A DNA stretch of 37,021 nucleotides from a virus. Location: the UHGV virus genome UHGV-0052423; one strand, written 5' to 3'. This document shows positions 1 to 8,448 of the stretch, one piece after another (the first letter of the stretch is position 1; every line of letters starts with the position of its first letter). Made by a program: the position numbers and the translations under genes. The notes under the pieces were generated by a model. It was not told where the DNA came from. It saw nothing but the letters and a program-made list of their open reading frames with translations, and ran no database searches.

Positions 1-252
1 ATGGAGGACTGGGTGGAGTACCTGAGAGGCCAGTGCATGGAAAATGAGTTGCTGGCATTCAACGTCCGAAAGAAAGGAAAGTCACTGAAAGGGTGTATAG
101 CAGCACTCCTGATGTGGTCGTTCAAGAATCAGCAGACCGTGGACAAGGATATCATCAAGGCAGCAGGTGTATCTGCAGGAAAGGTCACGCTTGGAATTCC
201 GGGCATGGCCAGAGCAAAGCAGATCATCACGGACTACTACATGGGAAAGTAG
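1..252 (+). CDS. hypothetical protein, 5' end outside the window (ends ...ITDYYMGK)
   Basis: Frame open from position 1; no recognisable motif. Confidence 0.3.
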   Translation: MEDWVEYLRGQCMENELLAFNVRKKGKSLKGCIAALLMWSFKNQQTVDKDIIKAAGVSAGKVTLGIPGMARAKQIITDYYMGK

Positions 253-261
253 GCGGGACGG

Positions 262-2385
262 ATGAAAAAGAAAGCTATCGAGAAAATCCCGTATTTCGGG
301 TTAAAGAAAACCAGCAGAAAGAAAGATGTCAAATATATTGGCGTCACGGAGGTCAAGATTATTGGACATGAAAAGCATCTTTTTCTGGAAGTATACAGGA
401 ACAAAAAGGAATCAAAAGAAATGCCACTGGTGAGGATCGTGCTCACAAAGAAAGATTTTGGCACATACTGGCCGGAAAAGGAAGAATGGACACGGCAGAA
501 AATAAAGCCTGACAGTTGTTATGGAAGAGTGATATGGGGAGAAGGGCACCCAACATGGGAACAGGAGAAAAAAGAAAATATTCTTCAGAGCACAGAGGAT
601 CTGGAAAGGATAAAGAAGTTCTGCAAAGCTAACGTATACAATGAGGAACATTGGTGGGAATACATATACAAACATGAGGACGATATTGTAATAACGTCCA
701 GACGGAACAGAGAACACAAGGCGTATATGCGCCGGCAGGAGGCACTGGCAGATAGAATGGCACATACCAAAGAACTGCCAGAAAAAGAGATTCTGGACAG
801 AGCTGACAGATTATATTTTCACAATCAGCATTATCTGTATTACAAAAAGCATGGTTGCTGGGCACATATAGCCTGCAGCAAGTGTGGAGGGGTTACAGAT
901 GCGAGATGGAAAAGTGGAATTTCCTACGAAAGCCAGTTCCAGAGATGGACGGAAGAACCGAGAGAGGGGCACTATGGCACCTGTCCAATGTGCGGAGCAC
1001 GTGGAGAGTACAAGTGCCAGGGAAAAGTGAAAGGTACTCGTGACAAATACATCTATCTGTTCCTGGGACAGAAATACAAAGAAAACGGAATGGTCATGCG
1101 TTATGTGGAAGTTGGGAAAAAGTGGACACTGGGATTCATTTGTGGGGATAAAGGCCCGGAGATGTACAACGCAAGTGAAGAACTCTCTGGAGTGGAGATT
1201 GCAAGAGCATATTTTGAGCCAGGGAAAAAAGTCCAGATAGATTATCACAAACATGATCCGTACACGGGGAAAGATTTCTGGGATGATTGCAATCTGTATG
1301 GAATGGCAAATATCCCCATCGATGCCGGTCTGATCATGTCAGAGACATACGAAGAAATGAAAGGGACAATATTCCAGTACAGTGCATTACAGGAATATGC
1401 AAAGAACGTCAGGGAGGTAAATCCGATTGACTACCTGAAGCGTTACAGTCAGACGCCACAGATCGAGGTCCTGGTAAAAATGGGACTGACTGATGTGGTA
1501 GAAAAACTGGTCAAATGCTACTACGGCATTGTTGATGATGAGAATGCAAGACGGCCGGATCAGTTCCTGGGGATCAGAAAGGAAAGAGTAAGGCAGCTCA
1601 TCAGAAAGAAAGGAGACACACACCTACTGGGAGTCATGCAGATGGAGAAACGCCAGGGACAGAACTGGACGGATGAACAGGTGGAGCATCTGGCAGAAAC
1701 AGATCTGAGCGGAACACAGGTGGAAATGGCAACCAGGTACATGACCTTGCAAAAATTACTCAATCGCATAGAGAAGTACTCCGGTTGCGAGTATGGGACA
1801 GAGTGCAGCAGTGCCTCAGCCAGGATCAGACACACGGCCACAACCTATGCAGACTATCTGAGCATGAGGATAAACCTGGGATATGACCTCAACAACACAG
1901 TATATCAACAGCCACAGGATTTAGAGGCGGAACATAACAAAATGGTCATGGAAACCAACAAAGAAGAGATGGACAAACATCTCAAAGAGGTGGCAGAACG
2001 TTATCCGGAGATCCGGCACGTTTACAGGAAACTCAGAAATAAATATCTCTACGAAGATGACAGATATATCATCAGACCAGCCAGATCAGCGGAGGAAATT
2101 GTCATGGAGGGGCGCTTGCTCCATCATTGCGTGGGAGGAAACACATATCTGGACAAGCACAACACTGGAAAGACGTACATACTGATGCTGAGATTCAAAG
2201 AAGAGCCGGACGTTCCGTACATCACGGTTGAGATAGATGCAAAAAATCCAAGGATATTGCAGTGGTACGGGGACAAGGACAAAAAACCGGATGAAAAGAA
2301 TATGCAGTCATGGCTGAACACCTGGCTGATGAAACTGAAAACAGGAACGCTGACGGAAACAATCCAGACGGCGGCCATAGCGTAA
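262..2385 (+). CDS. large early protein with central Cys-rich zinc-ribbon and a C-terminal HHCVGG...ILMLRF region; possibly PcfJ-like
   Basis: 707-aa uninterrupted ORF. CxxC...CPMC cysteine clusters at about aa 200-250. C-terminal 'EGRLLHHCVGGNTYLDKHNTGKTYILMLR' recalls the PcfJ-like family. The family assignment is from memory, not searched. Confidence 0.5.
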   Translation: MKKKAIEKIPYFGLKKTSRKKDVKYIGVTEVKIIGHEKHLFLEVYRNKKESKEMPLVRIVLTKKDFGTYWPEKEEWTRQKIKPDSCYGRVIWGEGHPTWEQEKKENILQSTEDLERIKKFCKANVYNEEHWWEYIYKHEDDIVITSRRNREHKAYMRRQEALADRMAHTKELPEKEILDRADRLYFHNQHYLYYKKHGCWAHIACSKCGGVTDARWKSGISYESQFQRWTEEPREGHYGTCPMCGARGEYKCQGKVKGTRDKYIYLFLGQKYKENGMVMRYVEVGKKWTLGFICGDKGPEMYNASEELSGVEIARAYFEPGKKVQIDYHKHDPYTGKDFWDDCNLYGMANIPIDAGLIMSETYEEMKGTIFQYSALQEYAKNVREVNPIDYLKRYSQTPQIEVLVKMGLTDVVEKLVKCYYGIVDDENARRPDQFLGIRKERVRQLIRKKGDTHLLGVMQMEKRQGQNWTDEQVEHLAETDLSGTQVEMATRYMTLQKLLNRIEKYSGCEYGTECSSASARIRHTATTYADYLSMRINLGYDLNNTVYQQPQDLEAEHNKMVMETNKEEMDKHLKEVAERYPEIRHVYRKLRNKYLYEDDRYIIRPARSAEEIVMEGRLLHHCVGGNTYLDKHNTGKTYILMLRFKEEPDVPYITVEIDAKNPRILQWYGDKDKKPDEKNMQSWLNTWLMKLKTGTLTETIQTAAIA

Positions 2386-2395
2386 GGAGGTAAAC

Positions 2396-3748
2396 ATGGA
2401 ATATGTGCAGATGACCCTGGATGACTGGGTGCAGATGAAACAGAAATTGAAACAGGAACTCCTGGGAGTGAAACAGAGTTTTGTACGGATCGGATACGCT
2501 CTGAGACAGATTGACGATCAGAAGCTCTACGAACAGGACGGATACAAAAGCATAGCGGAATTTGCTCAGGCAGAGTATGGCCTGGGACCGTCTATCACAA
2601 GCAGGTTTATGAGCATCAACCGGGAGTATTCCATTGATGGATATTCCGAACAGCTCCGGCCGGAATATGCAGAACTGGGCAGGAGCCAGCTGGAGGAAAT
2701 GCTGAAACTGCCAGATACTGACAGACAGATGATTCAACCGGAAACGTCCAGAGAGGATATCAGAGAGCTGAAAAGATTTAACAAAACCGAACCGGCAGCA
2801 GGCGTGGCTGATGATATCAGTCAGCTGGTCGAAAAGTTCTATCAGGACAATGAACTCATACTCAATGCAGTATACGGAGAGGAGTTCGATGAGCAGACAA
2901 TTAACCGATTTACTGAAATAGTAAATCCGGCCGGAAACCGTTCATACAAAAAAGGACTGTATTTCATGATGATGTATGAGAACCGCGTCACATTTAAGAA
3001 ATTCGGAGATACGCCAAAGGATATGACCTGGTGGGAGTTCTATCAGCTGACAAGGGAGATTTTCGATGATACGGCAGCAGGACCTAAGACCTGGCAGAAC
3101 CATTTTGGAGGAGCGGACGATGAAGAAACCACAGTACAGGATACGGCCGATGAGCCAGGAAGAGAAGAAACTGCAACAGAAGCTCCTGAGCCAGAGGATG
3201 ACGGTGGAGCAGTTGGAGAAACTGGCACTGATGATGTCCAGGAGATCGAGAAAGGAGACATGGAAGATTATGGAACAGCTGACGAAGCAGGAGCAGGACA
3301 AGAGGAAGATGACACCGATGGAGAAGAAAGCGGCCAAGCAGATTGTGAAGAACCTGCAGAGAGGACCGATGAACAGACAGGAGCGCAGAGCCAGAGAGAG
3401 GAAATTGCGCCCGCGCAAAAATCCACGGAAACACTAGAAAAAGAGGAGGTTGAGGACGATGAAACCGGAGAAAATGAAAGCCCAGACACAGAAAATCAAA
3501 CAGCAGAATCTGAGCCGGAAACGGCCGAGAGAGAGCAGACAGAAGAAACAGAAGTCATAGAGGCGGTATATGGTACCAGAAAAGAGTACATGGACAGGCT
3601 GCTAGAGCAGGGAATGGCGGAATATATGGCTGATGAATACAAGAGCCACCGGTTGCTAGTGACAGATCTGGAAAATACATGGAATTTGTGCAAATGGCTC
3701 AGTGAAAAGGTTGACCGGTTCGGAAAACCGATGGAGGACGCAAGATGA
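2396..3748 (+). CDS. protein with structured N-terminal domain (~240 aa, HTH-like 'KSIAEFAQAEYGLGPSITSRFMSI') and a ~190-aa extremely acidic (D/E/T-rich) low-complexity tail
   Basis: Strong RBS (aaggaggtaaacATG). Residues 240-410 are mostly D/E; the complementary strand gives only low-complexity shadow ORFs. Confidence 0.6.
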   Translation: MEYVQMTLDDWVQMKQKLKQELLGVKQSFVRIGYALRQIDDQKLYEQDGYKSIAEFAQAEYGLGPSITSRFMSINREYSIDGYSEQLRPEYAELGRSQLEEMLKLPDTDRQMIQPETSREDIRELKRFNKTEPAAGVADDISQLVEKFYQDNELILNAVYGEEFDEQTINRFTEIVNPAGNRSYKKGLYFMMMYENRVTFKKFGDTPKDMTWWEFYQLTREIFDDTAAGPKTWQNHFGGADDEETTVQDTADEPGREETATEAPEPEDDGGAVGETGTDDVQEIEKGDMEDYGTADEAGAGQEEDDTDGEESGQADCEEPAERTDEQTGAQSQREEIAPAQKSTETLEKEEVEDDETGENESPDTENQTAESEPETAEREQTEETEVIEAVYGTRKEYMDRLLEQGMAEYMADEYKSHRLLVTDLENTWNLCKWLSEKVDRFGKPMEDAR

Positions 3749-4128
3749 TAAAGATGGCAAGAGTTTACGGAGATATGTATGTGCCAAGAGAGTATTGCAC
3801 GTTTACAAATCCGGTAACGAGTGGAGGAACTGAGGAAGTTGACTATGTAGATATGCCATGCGAGAACGGATGTGAAAAAGAGTGTGAGAATTGTACATTG
3901 CAGAAAATCATGAATGAGTATGCGAGGCTAACAAGGCAGGATATAGACGAGAAGAAACGACATTGTGAAGAATGTGAAAACTATAAAGAGATCAGAAAAG
4001 GGCCGAGAGGAGGGAAGAAAGGAATATGCAGGATACTCAGACCATCGGAAGTGAGAAACGGACGAGCGAGAGCCTGCAAAAGATTCCGAGAACAAAATGA
4101 ACAAACGACAGGCAAAGAAACAGTATAA
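3745..4128 (+). CDS. small Cys-rich protein (CENGCEKECENC...HCEECENYKE), putative zinc-binding
   Basis: ATGA overlap with the upstream stop; multiple CxxC/CxC pairs. Confidence 0.45.
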   Translation: MIKMARVYGDMYVPREYCTFTNPVTSGGTEEVDYVDMPCENGCEKECENCTLQKIMNEYARLTRQDIDEKKRHCEECENYKEIRKGPRGGKKGICRILRPSEVRNGRARACKRFREQNEQTTGKETV

Positions 4129-4206
4129 AAAGATCCACGGTCACAATCCACCAAAAACAGCGGTAACGAAGTATACACCGGAAGAAATGGTTAGAAACAG
4201 AGGTAG

Positions 4207-4494
4207 ATGAAAATGGAGATGAAATTAGTAAATAATAAAATAATCCATAGCTTTCGAGAGGTGGACTTATCAGCGATAGCGATACCATCGATTGCAATTT
4301 ATAAGCATCCGCGGGATATACCGGATAAATATGTTGCGAGAGTCTATGCTTGCAGCAGTCCGACGAACATTATCATGCTGGCAGATTCCGCAGAAGAGCT
4401 GAGAAAAGACATTGAAGGAGTATGCGAACCGTGCATATGGTTTGATCGAATGCAAGGAGATCCGAAAAACTTAGTTGGGGTGTATATCTTATGA
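4207..4494 (+). CDS. hypothetical early protein
   Basis: ORF in an operon of overlapping starts/stops. Confidence 0.4.
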   Translation: MKMEMKLVNNKIIHSFREVDLSAIAIPSIAIYKHPRDIPDKYVARVYACSSPTNIIMLADSAEELRKDIEGVCEPCIWFDRMQGDPKNLVGVYIL

Positions 4495-4856
4495 GCATCG
4501 ATTATTCAGACATGGCATTTCCGAAATTAGCCTGCAAGAAAAAAAGGAAATCACATAAAAAGAGCATCCTCAAGAGTAGAAAGGGAGTCTGCTATCTCTG
4601 TTTGATACTCTATGACGACCCTTCCAAGAAGTACACAGAGGAACATCATATCATGTTCGGATCCGGACAGCGCGAACTATCTGAGGCAGATGGACTCAAG
4701 GTAGATCTGTGTCTGAACCATCACAAAGAAGGACCGGAAGCGGTCCACAATAACCGAGAAATGCGGGAACTACTCTGCAGAATAGCACAGACAGAATATG
4801 AGCAGACACACACAAGAGAAGAATGGACAGCAAGGTATAAGAAAAATTATTTATAG
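4491..4856 (+). CDS. HNH-type nuclease-like small protein (CxxC...EEHHI...CxxH)
   Basis: Motif C-Y-L-C ... E-E-H-H-I ... L-C-L-N-H-H matches an HNH/His-Me finger by eye. Confidence 0.45.
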   Translation: MSIDYSDMAFPKLACKKKRKSHKKSILKSRKGVCYLCLILYDDPSKKYTEEHHIMFGSGQRELSEADGLKVDLCLNHHKEGPEAVHNNREMRELLCRIAQTEYEQTHTREEWTARYKKNYL

Positions 4857-5105
4857 TTACCTCCGCTGAATGGCGTGGAGATAAAGTATGTCACAAACTG
4901 TAACATGAAGGCAAAGGATTTCCTCCCTGGATGCGGCAGGGAGGAGAAAGGAGCAGATAAGTGCCAAAAAGACAGAGATCAACAGCTTGGAAAAGCGAGC
5001 TGGCTGAAATAAATGCAAAAGCAAGACAAGAAGGAATGAGTTATGGACGGTATGTGGGATTAATGTACTGCGAAGAGAGAGATGAAATGGAAAGAAGGAG
5101 AAGAT

Positions 5106-5636
5106 ATGACAGAAAGAGACGCGAGAGATTTGGTTGACTGGCTGGATCAGGCAGAAGAGGAAACAAAAGCAACAATTGCAGAGCATGAAAGAATCGATCC
5201 TTTTTATGACGGAGTACTTTCAACGATCCAGACGGTTCGAGAATATATCAAGAAAATGCGTAAGGTGGATGAAGCGGAAGGAGAGAAACAGATGAAAGAG
5301 ATTATAGCAGATAGCAAGTTTGAGTATATCGAAGAAATTAAGCCGTTTTTCTGGTGGACAGGAAGTTTAAGCATAGAGCAGGCAATCACACACTTGACAA
5401 AGCGGTACGATGAAGAGGAAGCACACAATCTGTTGGATGAAAAGTTAGAATTTGTATCTGACTACATGAGAAATAATCACGAAGCTGTCGAGCAGTACGG
5501 AATCTACCTCATTCCGGAATTTATGCTTGGATATGATGACATAGAGATTGTGGTTGTAGCGGCATCCGAAAACGAGAGGGCTACTGTGGTATTCTCGGAT
5601 ATTCCGGTAGTTAAGCGAGGTTGCGGAAGAATATGA
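5106..5636 (+). CDS. acidic hypothetical protein
   Basis: RBS aaggagaag before ATG 5106; the track ORF starts at 5082. Confidence 0.45.
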   Translation: MTERDARDLVDWLDQAEEETKATIAEHERIDPFYDGVLSTIQTVREYIKKMRKVDEAEGEKQMKEIIADSKFEYIEEIKPFFWWTGSLSIEQAITHLTKRYDEEEAHNLLDEKLEFVSDYMRNNHEAVEQYGIYLIPEFMLGYDDIEIVVVAASENERATVVFSDIPVVKRGCGRI

Positions 5637-6076
5637 ATAGAGAAATACTTTTCAGAGCGAAACATATCCATACAATGGATAGTAATGAGCATCTCAATGA
5701 AACATGGGTGTATGGCTATCTTAGTGATAAAGATTATATTTACGATAAAAGCCTTGAGGGTGAATTTCTGGTTGATGAAGATACCATTTGCCAGTATACA
5801 GGATTAACCGACAAGAGTGAAAAGAAAATATGGGAAGGAGATATAATTAAATACCATTTTGGGGAAGTTTATGCGCCGGTAAAATTCGGAGAATATCAGA
5901 GTTGTTTTGATAGCACATCAACGTGCCATGTCGGATTTTATGTGGACTGGGACAAAAACCATGATTTTAGAAAAGACTTGGGATATTGGATCAAGTTGGT
6001 TGATGCAGAAGTTGTAGGCAACATATTTGATAATCCTGAGTTGTTAGAAGAGGAGAATGTGCATGGAGCAGATTAA
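5634..6076 (+). CDS. YopX-family protein
   Basis: N-terminal 'REILFRAK...WVYGYL' and 'QYTGLTDKSEKKIWEGDII' match the YopX signature (F-RAW...G...QYTGLKDKNGKEIYEGDI). Confidence 0.7.
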
Positions 6077-6470
6077 GCGAGGTTGGAAAATGACAAGGCG
6101 AGAGCAAGAGGATCAAGCACAGCTTGAGTGGCTGCGGAAATGGAAAGAACGACGGAAGGAAAAAAGAGACGTGAGAAAAAAGCCACTGTTTTATAAGATT
6201 CTAAGGAAACTCGGAATCATAAAGGATTACGAGGAAGACATAAGAACAAGAATGGAGATGTGCAAAAGAGCAATAAAGGCAAATGTATGTCCTGAGGATT
6301 GTGACATTTGCGCATGGGACGTGAAAGGAGGGATTGATTACAATGGTTATATTACGACCGGTAGGAACAACAGGAAACCGTCTGAAGTATCTAAGAAAAA
6401 TCAGAGGACTGACAAGAAAAGAGGCAGCAGTCAAGCTAGACATGAAGGAGGAAAGACTGCAAGATCTTGA
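6063..6470 (+). CDS. basic hypothetical protein (Cys pair CPEDCDIC)
   Basis: RBS gaggag before ATG 6063. The 3' ~40 codons overlap the next gene out of frame and look non-protein-like. Confidence 0.4.
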   Translation: MEQIKRGWKMTRREQEDQAQLEWLRKWKERRKEKRDVRKKPLFYKILRKLGIIKDYEEDIRTRMEMCKRAIKANVCPEDCDICAWDVKGGIDYNGYITTGRNNRKPSEVSKKNQRTDKKRGSSQARHEGGKTARS

Positions 6471-6573
6471 AACAGGAAGAAAAGGGCTGACGCTAGGAGA
6501 AGCAATCAAATATGCAGATACATATAATGTGTCTTTAGAGTACATAGCAGGGAGAAAGAAAGTTGAATATTGA
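6343..6573 (+). CDS. XRE-family helix-turn-helix transcriptional regulator
   Basis: 'LKYLRKIRGLTRKEAAVKLDMKEERLQDLETGRKGLTLGEAIKYADTYNVSLEYIAG' is a classic HTH_XRE. Strong RBS aaggaggg 10 nt before ATG 6343. Confidence 0.6.
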   Translation: MVILRPVGTTGNRLKYLRKIRGLTRKEAAVKLDMKEERLQDLETGRKGLTLGEAIKYADTYNVSLEYIAGRKKVEY

Positions 6574-6760
6574 AGATGCAATTAGAATCATTAAGGGGTT
6601 GGATACATCCAATAGCGAAGAAAACATCGAAGCAAAGAAAATGGCAGTTAAAGCATTAGAGAAGCAGAGACAAAAGAAGATTGAAACATGGAACGGACAA
6701 GCATCGTGCCCACGCTGCAAATTTTGCGGGCAGGCTCTTGATTGGAGTGATGAACAGTGA
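6563..6760 (+). CDS. hypothetical small protein (CPRCKFCGQ)
   Basis: ORF with ATGA overlaps in the operon. Confidence 0.35.
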   Translation: MNIEDAIRIIKGLDTSNSEENIEAKKMAVKALEKQRQKKIETWNGQASCPRCKFCGQALDWSDEQ

Positions 6761-7026
6761 AACAAAGTACAGACACACGCTGGAGTCCAGCAGAGATCCA
6801 GCAGAACCAAAAGGAACATTATGCTGCTATGGCAGAGCATCCGCCTGACCGGAAGGAAAGCGAGAAGTTTCATCGGCCAGCATACCAGGCAGGAAAGCTG
6901 ATTGAAGCACAGGGGCAGCAGTTGTGGCATGGAGATGTAGCAGAATACTTGGCGAGAAAGTACAAGATAGGAGATGATGCCAATGGAGAAGAGACTGGAA
7001 GAGAACAATGTGAAGAACGAGAATGA
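6757..7026 (+). CDS. hypothetical small protein
   Basis: ORF in operon context. Confidence 0.35.
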   Translation: MKQSTDTRWSPAEIQQNQKEHYAAMAEHPPDRKESEKFHRPAYQAGKLIEAQGQQLWHGDVAEYLARKYKIGDDANGEETGREQCEERE

Positions 7027-7423
7027 CCGGAAGAAGACATATCTCAGAGCGTACCGAAAACACGGAAAGAGGATCAAACGGATTGAATCAGAGATTGAAG
7101 AAATCAGAAACATGAAGATGTATCCTTCTTCAATCAATAACGGGATGCCACATGGATCCAATCAAAGTGATTTAAGTTCTTATGCGGTGGCTCTTCAGGA
7201 AAGAGAGGACGAGCTGTATCAAGAGGGAGTAAAGCAGGTACAGACATACAAAGATATAGAATACAGAATCAATAAGCTGGAGAATCAAGACGAAAGAGAT
7301 GTTATGTTCTACAAGTATATCAAAGGATTTACATGGTGGCAGATAGCACAGCTTATGGAGTACAGTGAGAGTTGGATCTACGAATTACACGGAAGAGCAC
7401 TGAAAAATATTCAAATCAATTAA
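6974..7423 (+). CDS. ArpU/RinA-like late transcriptional activator (sigma-70 region-4-like HTH)
   Basis: C-terminal 'DVMFYKYIKGFTWWQIAQLMEYSESWIYELHGRALKNI' resembles sigma region 4. Position immediately upstream of HNH-TerS-TerL is typical of ArpU-family activators in Firmicutes phages. Confidence 0.5.
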   Translation: MMPMEKRLEENNVKNENDRKKTYLRAYRKHGKRIKRIESEIEEIRNMKMYPSSINNGMPHGSNQSDLSSYAVALQEREDELYQEGVKQVQTYKDIEYRINKLENQDERDVMFYKYIKGFTWWQIAQLMEYSESWIYELHGRALKNIQIN

Positions 7424-7503
7424 AGAGTGGAGTCCACAGGAGTTCTAACTGTGCTAATCTGATATTGTCGAAAGACGGAAAGATACATACAAATTTCTTG
7501 AAA

Positions 7504-7540
7504 GAGACACTTGCAATCCTCTCGGCAGGTGTCTTTTTGT
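7504..7540 (+). terminator. stem-loop (agacac...gtgtct) followed by TTTTT
   Basis: Inverted repeat 7504-7509/7529-7534 plus T-run, between the activator and the HNH gene. Confidence 0.4.
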
Positions 7541-7556
7541 ATGAAGGGATGTAACT

Positions 7557-7889
7557 ATGACGGACAAGGAAGCAAAGAAATTTTACAATTCGACAATGTG
7601 GAAACATAAGCGGATGCAGATCCTAGAGAGAGACCACTATGAGTGCCAGGACTGTCGCAAACGATTGAGAGATGCAGTGGCAGCAGGCGACATCCTGCGA
7701 GGAGAAGAGAAAAAGATAAGGAGAGCCGAAGAAGTACATCACATTGTTGAGTTGAAGGAACATCCGGAACTCGGACTGGAAGAGGATAACCTAATCAGTC
7801 TTTGTGTGCCGTGTCATAACCTTAGACACGGCAGAGCACCAAGAAGATTCAAAAGAAAGAAGAAGCTTGTGAGCAAGGAGCTGTGGTAG
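7557..7889 (+). CDS. HNH endonuclease (terminase-associated)
   Basis: 'HYECQDCRK...EVHHIVELKEH...LISLCVPCHNLRHG' is a canonical HNH. It sits directly before the terminase genes. Confidence 0.8.
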   Translation: MTDKEAKKFYNSTMWKHKRMQILERDHYECQDCRKRLRDAVAAGDILRGEEKKIRRAEEVHHIVELKEHPELGLEEDNLISLCVPCHNLRHGRAPRRFKRKKKLVSKELW

Positions 7890-8091
7890 CCCCCGGTCAA
7901 TTCTCAGCGATTTTTCAAGAGTGAAGAACGGGGATGTAGCCAAGACTCTGAAGAAATTTTGAAATCTCGCGTGAAAAGGGCAGGGGGGTTAAATTTCAGG
8001 ACTCACTATAAGAAAGAAAATTTTCAGACAACTTCAAAAAGACTTAAAAAGAGCAGAAAAAGAAGTGAAAAATTGATAAAAATGGCATGAT

Positions 8092-8448
8092 TTGAGCAAA
8101 AAGGTGGTGAAAAGATTGGCACAGAGAAAGAAAAAGCTGACGGAAAAGCGGATCAGAGAGTCTCTAGTGAAGCAACTAGAACGGCGCGGAATGAACGCAG
8201 AATTTTACGAAGATTTGATTAACGATTACGTACATTATTGGAACCTGAAGAAAGACTTACTTGCCGATATCAAAGATAAAGGACTTAGGTATGAGACTAT
8301 CAATGGAAATGGAGTCAGCGTGGAAAAGGCAAACGAATCTGTAGTCAATCTGCAAAAGACTACAGCAACCATGCTGAAGATTCTTACTGAACTGAAGCTA
8401 AAAGAACCAGTACAGGAACAGGAAAATCCGACAGATGGTTACCTGTAA
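8092..8448 (+). CDS. terS: terminase small subunit (P27-like)
   Basis: 118 aa. 'LKKDLLADIKDKGLRYETINGNGVSVEKANESVVNLQKTTATMLKILTELKL' resembles P27-family TerS. Start is TTG 8092 or TTG 8116 (RBS aaggtgg). Confidence 0.6.
   Translation: MSKKVVKRLAQRKKKLTEKRIRESLVKQLERRGMNAEFYEDLINDYVHYWNLKKDLLADIKDKGLRYETINGNGVSVEKANESVVNLQKTTATMLKILTELKLKEPVQEQENPTDGYL

Noticed and set aside
1303-1312. Fifth partial match (aatggcaaat) to the shufflon core, inside the PcfJ-like gene
   Set aside because: Only 10 of 13 nt match, with no flanking similarity and no cassette context. Expected by chance in 37 kb of AT-rich DNA.
3066-3437. + strand alternative-frame ORF inside the acidic-tail region, highly basic (RK-rich)
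   Set aside because: It is the frame-shifted reading of GA-rich acidic-codon DNA (GAA/GAG read as AGA/AAG). It lacks a start context.
237-3693. Numerous minus-strand ORFs (e.g. 412-765, 811-1254, 2222-2737, 2942-3418, 3268-3489)
   Set aside because: Antisense to long, well-supported + strand genes. Cys/Phe/Leu/Ser-rich, non-protein-like composition. The shadows of the acidic region give Ser/Leu-rich low complexity.
4857-5223. Minus-strand ORFs 4857-5186 and 5041-5223
   Set aside because: Antisense within a uniformly + strand early operon. Leu/Phe/Ser-rich. No RBS.
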